From contig OZ249436.1 in assembly GCA_965235115.1 (NCBI GenBank), positions 5,892,001-5,956,000 of the forward strand: DNA of 64,000 bases, given 5' to 3'. Positions 11,425 to 23,370 of this stretch are shown piece after piece. Numbering within the stretch: position 1 is the stretch's first letter; each line of letters opens with the position of its first letter. This DNA is from Laetmonice hystrix. Its lineage: Eukaryota. Both the position numbers and the translations under genes were made by a program. The notes beneath the pieces are model-generated. The model saw nothing but the letters and a program-made list of their open reading frames with translations, was not told the DNA's origin and ran no database searches.

Positions 11425-14187
11425 CTAAGTGAAACGGGTGCAAGCAGATACATCGATGTTGGTCTCTGGCCATGATTGACATTCAAGTAATCTCTAAAAG
11501 TTGGCATGTGTGTTAGTCCAGTTCCGTTCGTCATTGACTGCTCACAATTGATGAGTTGACATCGATCGATCCATCAACATCAAACCGACTGGAAAGCGAC
11601 AGGCCGACCCACCACTTCACCCACCGTCATAAATTCGTCCTCGTCGCGTTTTCTTGCATCATAATTGCACGGTTGGCGGAAAGGTGGGAATGAGGGGAGG
11701 CGTCAGGGTGGTTAGAAGAAAGGACGGTTATAGAGGAGCCTGTCAATCATGATTAATGTACACAGATGGGGAGCCTCGTGTAGCAGGGACTATTATTATC
11801 ATTAAACATGATGTGGATATCCATGCAGGTACATGGCTGTAGGTACCAATCCTATAGCTGCTCACACCATTGTCCTGGTGATGTCGTGTTCTGGGAGACG
11901 CTAATAGTGCACGCATACCTCACCTGTTGTGTTATCACATGATGGTAAGGCCATGGCGCCTGCTTCATCGTCCCAGACAACATTTTCTTTATTCCTTGAG
12001 CATCATTCACTGTGAGAACACTGGTCCTTTATTTGTAACGGCTACGTTTACAATGTTAGATATGCCATGCCTGGTAGTCATAAAACGATATAATTTAAAT
12101 ATTCGATTGGAATTATTATTGCTATTGGCATGCATGCGTCTGTACAGGTTTTTCAAAGGTGAATAAGAAATATAATATGCTGGAGTTTTTTTCGCGAATT
12201 GATTATCCGCTTGAGCGGTTACATTGTTGTTGTTCATTTTTCCAGTTTTGTAAGTCAAATGTAGGTCATTGACATGGCTTCACAGATGTAATGTGTGTGT
12301 TATTTGTCATGCTGAAGGGCAGTGTGACATTTTTCATATATTGGGGTATTTTTCATCCAGGGGTTGAAATACTTTAAAAGTTTAGGTTACTTGAGGAACA
12401 TTTCGAAATCTATTTATTATATAATAGTGAATAAATGACTGATAAATTTAGGCATATCGGTACTCAATTGAACATCGTCCGAACGAAGCCCCGGGCTTAG
12501 GCTTTGTCCACTGCGTCAGTCACTTTGACTTGAGAAGCAATGAGTCTTGTTTTTCTGGGTTTCCCTATGTTACGGTCTTATGCATGGGAAAACTTCCGAG
12601 TATCGTGGAATGAATGTTTTCAGAATGAATAATACCTATTCACTATATTCGCATCTAGAAATATGTTGACCTTTAGATGATACGTCGGCCTCCAAGCGCA
12701 TTCTAAAAGGTTAAAGAGGAAAAAATATCGGCCGCAATTTCATTACCGAGTTTCAGGTTTGTCCGTATTATGTTTCAATAAAAACTGCTCATATCTCACA
12801 TCCCTATTGAGATTGTGCATGTAGAGAAGTTGATATATGAGGTCAGGTTTTCTACGTATTCAGCAACCATTGACAGGGTGCACGGCCAAAGATGGCTGTC
12901 ATACTGCTACCTAACTTAGGACGCCTTGGTCTAGCCCCCTTCTTCACAGCGTGTGACCCCCATAGCTGTCCATCATCTTAGCAGCAGATGGATCTGCTGT
13001 AGAGGGGTGTGGAGAGGGGAAGGAGGCGGCCATGGTAACCCTGGGGGCAACCGTTGTTAGGGGGTGGAGGGGTTGGGGGAGACGGCGGGCATTACCTGCC
13101 AGGCCGACTGATGGATGTGCACGCTCTGACGGGTTATGAGGCTGAAGATAAGATGAAAGCTGCCTGCCACACTGATGTATGGCCGACACAGCACCCCAGT
13201 CAGGTCCAATGTGGCACCTCATGGTCCTTCCCATCCATCAGGGACTCATATTCCTGCACCACTAACAGCCGTGCCGTGGAGGACTGGCACCTCCAGCGGA
13301 TGGCCAACTCCTCACCCTAGAGGCACGCTACTCTACTCCAGGCAGGCCAAGCCCCCCGCCATGTAGCTCATCCCTGGCTAATTAGCCGCCTACCAGTGCC
13401 ATGTTCCCCAACACTGGCTACTCGAGCTGCTGGCACGGCAGGGTCCGAGTACTGACAACCAGGATGGGATGTAAAGACAACATACCTCACCCCCAATGAG
13501 GCTTCCTCTCAGCGGTCATAATTTTACAATGCCAGTTGCACTCTGGAGAACTTTCTGGCTTATCTAGGTCAACCCATCCCTTCGTCCTGGCAACATTTCT
13601 TTCCTAAAGTCTCATGTTTTGAACGCCTATACTTTTTAGCGTGTCTTGACTAAATGATACACATGAGGAATGGAGCAGAAGGTTTAACTTTTGTAACTCT
13701 TTCATTATTTATTATCACCTATGGTTCCCCCTGTCTCCTGATATTAGTCACAGATTGTTACACCGACTAGCGTCATCCATTTTGAAGCCAGCCTTCTAGT
13801 TTTGGCGATAGGAAAAAGATGTCGGAGGTATCGATGTTCACGTGTGATGACAATCGACGACGTCTCCGATAGATTTAAGACCTCATTCTTTGTTTACATC
13901 ATTAAGATGAGTGAGGTGAAGTGTAGAGTTTCAACGTTTTTTTACGTAATACCAGATGTGTTCAATCTAAACGCGATTTCAGACCCTAACAAAAACGTTT
14001 GCTCCTCTTCTATAGATCACGATGTAATCCAACAGTCGTACTTAAACCCCATCGTTCTGTGGTAACGTCGGCTTTCATCGCAGCTGGGATGATGTTTCTA
14101 ATTGGCAGTGAAGGGAGAACATTAAAAGAGGATATTAGGTCTGCCCCGGCAGAATTTATTTACTTCATTATGGGATGTTATCAAAAA

Positions 14188-14892
14188 GTCAGAGATATAT
14201 CATTGAATGGTGTCAGTCGTATAGGACTATAGAAATGATATGAAGTTAAAGGATGAACATGTCAGAGATATATCATTGAATGGTGTCAGTCGTATAGGAC
14301 TATAGAAATGATATGAAGTTAAAGGATGAACATGTCAGAGATATATCATTGAATGGTGTCAGTCGTATAGAACTATAGAAGTGATATGAAGTTAAAGGAT
14401 GAACATGTCAGAGATATATCATTGAATGGTGTCAGTCGTATAGGACTATAGAAATGATATGCAGTTAAAGGATGAACAGATATATCATTGAATGGTGTCA
14501 GTCGTATAGGACTATAGAAATGATATGAAGTTAAAGGATGACCATGTCAGAGATATATCATTGAATGGTGTCAGTCGTATAGGACTATAGAAATGATATG
14601 AAGTTAAAGGATGAACATGTCAGAGATATATCATTGAATGGTGTCAGTCGTATAGGACTATAGAAGTGATATGAAGTTAAAGGATGAACATGTCAGAGAT
14701 CATTGAATGGTGTCAGTCGTATAGGACTATAGAAATGATATGAAGTTAAACGATGAACATGTCAGAGATATATCATTGAATGGTGTCAGTCGTATAGGAC
14801 TATAGAAATGATATGAAGTTAAAGGATGAACATGTCAGAGATCATTGAATGGTGTCAGTCGTATAGAACTATAGAAATGATATGAAGTTAAA
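14188..14892. repeat. 73-bp minisatellite, ~10 copies
   Basis: Unit GTCAGAGATATATCATTGAATGGTGTCAGTCGTATAGGACTATAGAAATGATATGAAGTTAAAGGATGAACAT. Confidence 0.96.
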
Positions 14893-17800
14893 AGAACATG
14901 TTTCGGAACGTATCTCCATTGGATTAGCTTGACTTCAGTGACCTTCAGTGTAAGTGAGCCACTGTTCTGGCAGGACGTCTTCAACAGTGGGGAAGAAGGA
15001 GGGACAGGTATGGTGGGAAAATAGTTGTCTTGCTGTTCCTGGCAAGAGGGATCAGCACAGCTGCAATGGGGATGGAAGGTATCCTTGCGGAGCAGTTTGG
15101 GGGTCGGGGGGGGGGGGGTAGTAACACTGTTCGGCAGTAGGACGTTCCTCCTGGGATATAGCGACGTGAAATGTTGAAGGTCCTAACTCCTCGTACTGGA
15201 TATAAACTTACTGTACCTTGCAAAAGTCATTAGAAAAACAGTTTGATCTGCTGGCATTTTGACACATTCTGCCATTTATTTTTTATCTGTAAGGGATATT
15301 CAATATGACCACTAGTAATAAGATCATTTATATCCTCTCGGTTTGGGTATTTATGACGTTTTATTATTAAAAAAAAGTTTTACTCCATTACTCTATGCAG
15401 ATCGCTTTAACTCAAATTGAAAAATATAATGAAGTATTACAGGAAACAACAATTACGATTCGGACCCTGTGAATGATGATGTTTGAACTGAGATGTGAAT
15501 GTTTGCACTCTTTATGAGGGTAAGTTTTGACCTAACGGGAGGTCAGCTAGCAATCCGTCCACCTCTGTCAGGGTTTGACCTTGGCAAGGAAGCTGCCTGT
15601 CGTCAAGAGTGACAGGTCTGTGTCCTGTCCGTCACGGTTAGCACGGGTAGGACTTCCGTCCCATACCGCGCCTACCCCCCACCGGCCGGGGGGTGCAAGG
15701 GTTCCCAGCTCATCTCAGCTCTCATCACACGTGCCATCCAGGAAAGTGAGACCCAGCGGGCAGCCTCGTTCTCAGTACAGCGACCAGATTGGTGTGCGGG
15801 ACGGGCTCTCACCTGGAGACCACATAGGTGGCGCGTCAGTCGCGCCGCCGGCCTGGACCATCTGTCAGTGTCAGCAGCCAGGTCAAGAGCATTAGAAGCC
15901 CAACATTTGATGAGATGGTTAGAGTACATGTCATTTATCATGTTCACAGGCAGCCATTTTTATGGTGAAACTTCAGGTGCGATGCCCAGTGAAAGATCTC
16001 ATTAATCATTGCGGTATGGGAGAGTGGGAGAGAGGTACCGAGTCAGAGACACATGGAAAACTACCGCGGGGGCAGGGGGTAGAAGGAATTGGTGATATAA
16101 CACAGACAGCTCGGTATACAACGTCTACAGAGTAGAAACAGTAAAAAAAATTCTTTTTGCCTCACACACTCACCCATACAAACATTTTACCCTGCGGTTT
16201 GAGGTTCAGTCAATTCAGCCGGGACATTACATCCACCGACCGACCGTGGGTAATGTACGCCCCACTCAGTCCTACTCGCTGTGAAAGGTTCCCTTTCTGG
16301 GTCCACGCAATACTATATGAAATCCTCTGGGGTAAAGAATTTCAAGTTCCCCTGGGCTGAACATTTTTCATAAAGAGAAGTGTTAAGTGCTTTTCAAGCA
16401 GTTAGTTACGCAATGTGGAGGCTGGTTAGATGGGAATGGGGTCAGCTTTAATGATGTTGTCTGGTGGTGTGATGTTTGCCTTGTCAGTTATAGTTAGGGC
16501 TGAGTAGAGTGGCAGCAGGCAGTGTGTGTGTCGGTCGGTGGTGGGTGCTGGGCGGCCAGTCGGCCGGTACAGTGACCAGGCCTGATGGAGAACCCGCCGG
16601 GGGTGGGGTTGTCAGGCCCCGGTCAGACCTCATGATGAGGCCAGGCGGAGATGACGGATCTGGCGGCGGGTGGCCGACTTGACTGATAGCTACCCTTGAT
16701 GTCAGCTCAACCTTCTGGCCATATTTCGGCCGCGTGCACAGCGGCCACTTTGACTTATGACCACAGGTAGTCACGCCCCACGACATAACACACCCTCATA
16801 TAGATTACCCCGCCAACAACCCCCATTTACCCTATCGCTAGCGCGGGGTCAAGGTAGGAGGGAGATGGGCAAGGGCAGGGGGCAAATAGAGAGAGGGGTA
16901 TTATTTATGGCCCAGGTAGGTGGTAATGCTGTTGTACCCCCGTACCATCAACGGCTAGGTCGGTAGACAACTGGGCAAGGCTGGAGTGAATAACGTCCGC
17001 CTGATTTACAGCCGACTAGTTGGTATTTATATTTTCTTAGTTCAGAAACATTGCCTGAGGACAGGGCGTCGACCATGGGACAATCCATGGGGGCCGTGTG
17101 ACTTGTACCAACCCCTCGGGTTAGAACCCAGACCTCCCTATGGGACGGGGTGTCGGGAGGGTGGGCCAGCTCCCCGGGCTAGACAAACAAGCCTGATTTG
17201 CCCACACCCCCACCAGGGGTATTTATGAAGGCCAGTCTTTGATCTGACAAGCCTGGAGCACGTGATGAATGTGGCCAGCATCAGATAAAGACCAATGAAA
17301 AATGACCGCGGGAAATCGTGTCACAGTGGTGTCGTATATTTCCTACACACCAGTGTAATTCATGTTCCACGTCAGGCGCGTTCCTAATATTTCAATATAG
17401 TTAAGAGGATTACGGGGCGATGGGAGCTAGACGCTGGAGGGCTGGGGAGATGGGGCGCAGGATGGCATCAAAAGGCAACGATAGTGAATCAATGGACGTG
17501 TAGTCCGGGGCATAACATGAACACGTGAACGCTACAGCCCTGTCAGTATCCTGAGTACTTTGTGAACGATATGTTGTCTGGGAGGAACACGACAGGGCCC
17601 ATATGTTTCCCATTAGAAACAGGGACAGGTATGGGAGAGTATGCTGACCATCAGTAAGTGGGACACCTAAGGGACACCAGGGACACCTAAGGGACATCAT
17701 GGTCTGAGGATCCCATAAGCTCAAGGAAACGGCTGGCACTGGGACATCAAGATCCTGTGCCATATCAGTTATAGGGGACAGTAGGGATCGTAGGGCGCAG

Positions 17801-18135
17801 TAGTAAATGGGACACAGCAGCTAGGGGCATACAGATTTTGATCACATAGTTCTGGGAATGATAAAGATCATTTCCATGTTGCTCGGCGTCCATAGATTAT
17901 GTTGTAAAGTAAAACGTACACGTATGTACACATGTAACAAGTATCACGACATCGGCATGGTCCACTACAGCCGCAAAATATCTGTTTAAAAACCCAACTA
18001 CCGCGTAACTGTACTCTTGTAAATTGGTGAGACCGGGCAGTTAATTAAAGCTCATAGATAAAGGCAGGTTTAATTACTAAATATAACTAAGAATAATGTA
18101 GAACGCGATATATAATTATACCTGTATTGAACACG

Positions 18136-18424
18136 ACTATGACGTCACAATTTGCTATAGTGTTGGAGTTAAGGGAGAGTTTACAGTGACGTCACAATTT
18201 GCTATAGTGTTGGAGTTAGGGGAGAGTTTACTATGACGTCACAATTTTCTATAGTGTTGGAGTTAGGGGAGAGTTTACTATGACGTCACAATTTGCTATA
18301 GTGTTGGAGTGAAGGGAGAGTTTACTATGACGTCACAATTTGCTATAGTGTTGGAGTGAAGGGAGAGTTTACAATGACGTCACAATTTGCTAAAGTGTTG
18401 GAGTTCCGGGAGAGTTTACAATGA
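18136..18424. repeat. 47-bp minisatellite, 6 copies, each with TGACGTCA
   Basis: Unit ACTATGACGTCACAATTTGCTATAGTGTTGGAGTTA(A/G)GGGAGAGTTT. Confidence 0.95.
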
Positions 18425-19008
18425 GCGACTAGCAGAAAGCGTGCGTTATTCTGCCAGTAGTAGAAAGCCCTAGTTCCGGCCCACGTGACAGGAGGCCAAC
18501 AACAACAACACCGTGTGTGTGTGGCGGTGGCATGCTGTGAATACTGCGGATTACCTGATCGATCAGTACGTCATCAATCATCCAAAAAAATAATGACAAA
18601 CTTCCTCCACATTGCAATGAGCATAGTGATTTGGGCTTAAATTGTTGTGGTATGCCCGAACGCCCACTGGATAATTACGCTGTTTTTGTGGCGCGAATTC
18701 TTTTCGGGACGTTGATGAAAGCCAACAAGCTTATTGTTACTCATTAAGGGATGGGGATCAAATCGTGTTACAGTATGTAAATGACATGTGATTTGAGATT
18801 TTCAGCATTTTTAAAAAGGTGTTGTATCTTCTGTAATGAGATAATTGACAACACAGGTATCTGTGAACAAATTTTTATGCGCCGTGCAGTTTGTCGTTGC
18901 CGAGAGCTACGTGTCACCTAACTAGGTCATGTGACACAACATTGTCGATTCTCCGACTTTGAATCATTAATCTCACCACCTTTACCAGACTGACATTTCA
19001 CTGCGGGT

Positions 19009-19797
19009 TCAGTATGTAACATTTACTAAGGGATGAGATGACGTTAGTGTATTCAGTAGAACTCGTGATGATGGAGGTTATAGAGACCCGAGGCCGTGTG
19101 ACGGGCAGTGGGTGGGTGGTGACGGGGTGACGGGTGCTGATCTCTGGACTATTATAACTTTTATATCAGTATGTAACATTTACTAAGGTATGAGATGACG
19201 TTAGTGTATTCAGTGGTGGAACTCGTGATGATGGAGGTTATAGAGACCCGAGGCCGTGTGACGGGCAGTGGGTGGGTGGTGACGGGGTGACGGGTGCTGA
19301 TCTCTGGACTATTATAACTTTTATATCAGTATGTAACATTTACTAAGGTATGAGATGACGTTAGTGTATTCAGTGGTAGAACTCGTGATGATGGAGGTTA
19401 TAGAGACCCGAGGCCGTGTGACGGGCAGTGGGTGGGTGGTGACGGGGTGACGGGTGCTGATCTCTGGACTGTTATAACTTTTATATCAGTATGTAACATT
19501 TACTAAGGTATGAGATGACGTTAGTGTATTCAGTAGAACTCGTGATGATGGAGGTTATAGAGACCCGAGGCCGTGTGACGGGCAGTGGGTGGGTGGTGTC
19601 AGGGTGACGGGTGCTGATCTCTGGACTGTTATAACTTTTATATCAGTATGTAACATTTACTAAGGTATGAGATGACGTTAGTGTATTCAGTGGTGGAACT
19701 CGTGATGATGGAGGTTATAGAGACCCGAGGCCGTGTGACGGGCAGTGGGTGGGTGGTGACGGGGTGACGGGTGCTGATCTCTGGACTGTTATAACTT
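19009..19797. repeat. 157/160-bp tandem repeat, 5 copies
   Basis: Unit runs from TCAGTATGTAACATTTACTAAGG to GATCTCTGGACT(A/G)TTATAACTTTTATA. A 3-bp indel (GTG) distinguishes the 157- and 160-bp units. G-rich core GGGCAGTGGGTGGGTGGTGACGGGG. Confidence 0.96.
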
Positions 19798-20639
19798 CCG
19801 GTTAATACTGGGTGGTTTATCAACGACTTGTGTCATACATTGATCACTGAACTCTCACATGGCTATTGTCAGATTGAGGACTTCTTAAATGGTGACAACA
19901 AGAAACCAGGTCACACTCGGCGGTTTTAGTTTGCCAATCTAGGATCGACTCATTGGTCGTTGTAGTGGTTTTTGATCCCCACCCAAGAAATACAGTGCTG
20001 TTTGATGAAATGTGACGATAGCTGTATCAGGGTATGGTGCCAGTTTATACCTAAATATAACCAAGGGTTCAGGTGTCGGAATAAAACACATGGAGGGGCG
20101 TTCGGAGCAGGCCAGTTGGCCCCCTCCCACTTCTAATTTTCTCTCACTGTCAGTAATAGTTTTATAACAAGTAATTCTTGTTCCCTAAACGGTCCATAAT
20201 TACGAGTATTTTATTTCTATGATTGTATCTAGTTGTATCGTGTAGACTGTAGTAGTACTTTTATAAAGGTAAAAACTAAGAGTCGTATGCTCATTCTAGG
20301 TGCACACATTGGCAAAGTACAGGATCACTATAGAATTTAATTTTTCGATCACAAAAGGCTGCTGTCATACCTTTGTGAAGTTGTTGGAGTTTTATGAAAT
20401 AAGGTCATTAACCTAATGGGATGGAAATTCGACCAGGATCTTACTGTGTTGTTAAATGTGAATTATCTTTGTGTTTTGTACGTTTTGTGTCCGGGTCACA
20501 GCAGGAGGAAACAATCAGTATCATTATGTTGATGTTTAAGGTTTGGCTGTGGGTCAGACCTGGTTCTATTGATTGCGAGTTCCCACTGAGTAGGCTGCGG
20601 GTTTGTTTACATGTTTTACTGTAGAGTTTGCCGTAAGGT

Positions 20640-21110
20640 GCCAGCACTGGGGTGGCGCGGCGCTGTTGGTTGTGCGTGCAGTGACCTATTCCGGAGGTAC
20701 CACCGGCCCAGGCCTACCAGCGGAGGGGCGGCCGAGGCCGGGCCGGGGACTGGGGCGGCAGGCATGGTCAAATAGAGCCTGGGCTGGGGCATACAGCAGG
20801 GTGCAGCGGCCGGGGCAGAGGGTGGCAGCTGATTGGCTGCCGGGTGTTGGTAGGATCTGCGTGTAATTGGTAGCAACCCGGGTGACAAATGTGCTATGGT
20901 GGGGGTGCCCCTGTCAGTCAGCGCAGGGCCCCCCGACCGCCCAGCACACACACCGAGCATGCTGACAGGTGATACTTAACAACCATCAACTCGCCACGTC
21001 CCCGCGAATAAATCAGCCGCTAGCTTTGATGTGACAGCTCGCCCTGCGGTGGTAAACATGTTATCTCCTGGGCTTGACATGTGCAATCAGTCTGTGCTGT
21101 CAGGCGGCCA
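20640..21110. promoter_or_regulatory. GC/CpG-rich segment with CCAAT and TALE motifs; candidate cis-regulatory element
   Basis: GC-rich run at 20640-20960, CTGATTGG at 20829, CTGTCAGTCA at 20911, TGACAG/CTGTCA at 20963, 21032 and 21097, ATAAATCA at 21008. Function is inferred only. Confidence 0.35.
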
Positions 21111-22071
21111 CTGAGGAGAGCCAGGTGCTTGCTCCACCGCTACCACCACTCAGTGCTGCACCGCCTCCACCACAAGCTACCACATAGCCTGAGTATATGG
21201 ACAAGAAGAAGTCCACTTTACATGCTGGACCCATTCAGTGAAGCCCTTAGCTTGCAGGTCCCGTCGGAATCCTTTTGTATATTGACATACGTATAGTTCA
21301 TTTACTGCTGACAACTCACAGATTTATCACTGGTTGAAAACATTGTGTAAGAGGTCCTTGAGGAAGCAAGACTTTGGAGTTTTCACAGGTGCTGGCTGAA
21401 CAAACTAGGACATGTTGGAGGATGCTTTGATGTCGCCATGAAATATTCTCAAACAACTGTGAAGAGCGCCTCTTTCTCAGAGATTTGTAACAGCTACACT
21501 TGAAGGAACAAATCTTTAAGTTTTCTACGTTCAGAGGAATAGGTTGGACAATTTGAAATAATAAGTCAACAGAATTTTTCAAGTCGGCCAATCAAGTGTT
21601 AAATTGTTAATACCCGGTGGGCCTGTTTGTGTGAGGTTAGCAGATTAAACAGTCATACATTAAACTAGGTCACATCCGTCTGAGTTGTATTGGAGCTTTG
21701 TAACAAGCATATAATAGAATTTTAAGTGATATAATCAATTATAGTCGCAATATCAAGATTGTACATGTATTTAAGTCATCATGATTTAAGTTGTGTTCAG
21801 ACGGCTTTAGCCAGAACAGTAGGCCCCGTTCTGATCTACAGATGTTCTAGCGGAGGCCACAGACCGGACCATCGGTCGTTTCCGGCCTCCCAACAAGGTG
21901 AAATGTTTATAGTCCTCCGGGAGGCCCGTCAGCCGGTAAGCTGACAAATACACTGAAACAGTTCCTCGGTGTCATGATACATCTTACTCATGACCTAACA
22001 AAATGTCTTGTGTGAATCGCTGACGGTAGCGCCCCCCAGCGACGTATCCAGAAAGATGGTGCGTTCACACA

Positions 22072-23370
22072 GACCGTCTACACAGCCCAGACAGGAGGTC
22101 TGCTCCAGCCGTGGACACTGGACCGTCTACACAGCCCAGACAGGAGGTCTACTCCGGTCATGGACACTGGACCGTCTACACAGCCCAGACAGGAGGTCTA
22201 CTCCGGTCATGGACACTGGACCGTCTACACAGCCCAGACAGGAGGTCTACTCCGGTCATGGACACTGGACCGTCTACACAGCCCAGACAGGAGGTCTACT
22301 CCAGCCGTGGACACTGGACCGTCTACACAGCCCAGACAGGAGGTCTGCTCCGGCCGTGGACACTGGACCGTCTACACAGCCCAGACAGGAGGTCTACTCC
22401 GGCCGTGGACACTAGACCGTCTACACAGCCCAGACAGGAGGTCTACTCCAGTCGTGGACACTGGACCGTCTACACAGCCCAGACAGGAGGTCTGCTCCAG
22501 CCGTGGACACTGGACCGTCTACACAGCCCAGACAGGAGGTCTACTCCGGTCGTGGACACTGGACCGTCTACACAGCCCAGACAGGAGGTCTGCTCCGGTC
22601 ATGGACACTGGACCGTCTACACAGCCCAGACAGGAGGTCTGCTCCAGCCGTGGACACTGGACCGTCTACACAGCCCAGACAGGAGGTCTGCTCGGCCGTG
22701 GACACTGGACCGTCTACACAGCCCAGACAGGAGGTCTGCTCCGGTCATGGACACTGGACCGTCTACACAGCCCAGACAGGAGGTCTGCTCCAGCCGTGGA
22801 CACTGGACCGTCTACACAGCCCAGACAGGAGGTCTACTCCGGTCGTGGACACTGGACCGTCTACACAGCCCAGACAGGAGGTCTGCTCCAGCCGTGGACA
22901 CTGGACCGTCTACACAGCCCAGACAGGAGGTCTACTCCAGTCGTGGACACTGGACCGTCTACACAGCCCAGACAGGAGGTCTACTCCGGCCGTGGACACT
23001 GGACCGTCTACACAGCCCAGACAGGAGGTCTACTCCGGCCGTGGACACTGGACCGTCTACACAGCCCAGACAGGAGGTCTGCTCCGGTCGTGGACACTGG
23101 ACCGTCTACACAGCCCAGACAGGAGGTCTACTCCAGCCGTGGACACTGGACCGTCTACACAGCCCAGACAGGAGGTCTGCTCCGGCCGTGGACACTGGAC
23201 CGTCTACACAGCCCAGACAGGAGGTCTACTCCAGCCGTGGACACTGGACCGTCTACACAGCCCAGACAGGAGGTCTACACAGCCCAGACAGGAGGTCTGC
23301 TCCGGTCATGGACACTATAGACCGTCTACACAGCCAAGGCAGGAGGTCTACTCCGGTCGTGGACGCTGGA
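22072..23370. repeat. 49-bp minisatellite, ~26 copies
   Basis: Unit GTGGACACTGGACCGTCTACACAGCCCAGACAGGAGGTCT(A/G)CTCC(A/G)G(T/C)C. The unit lacks plus-strand stops, hence the three overlapping long pseudo-ORFs. Confidence 0.98.
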
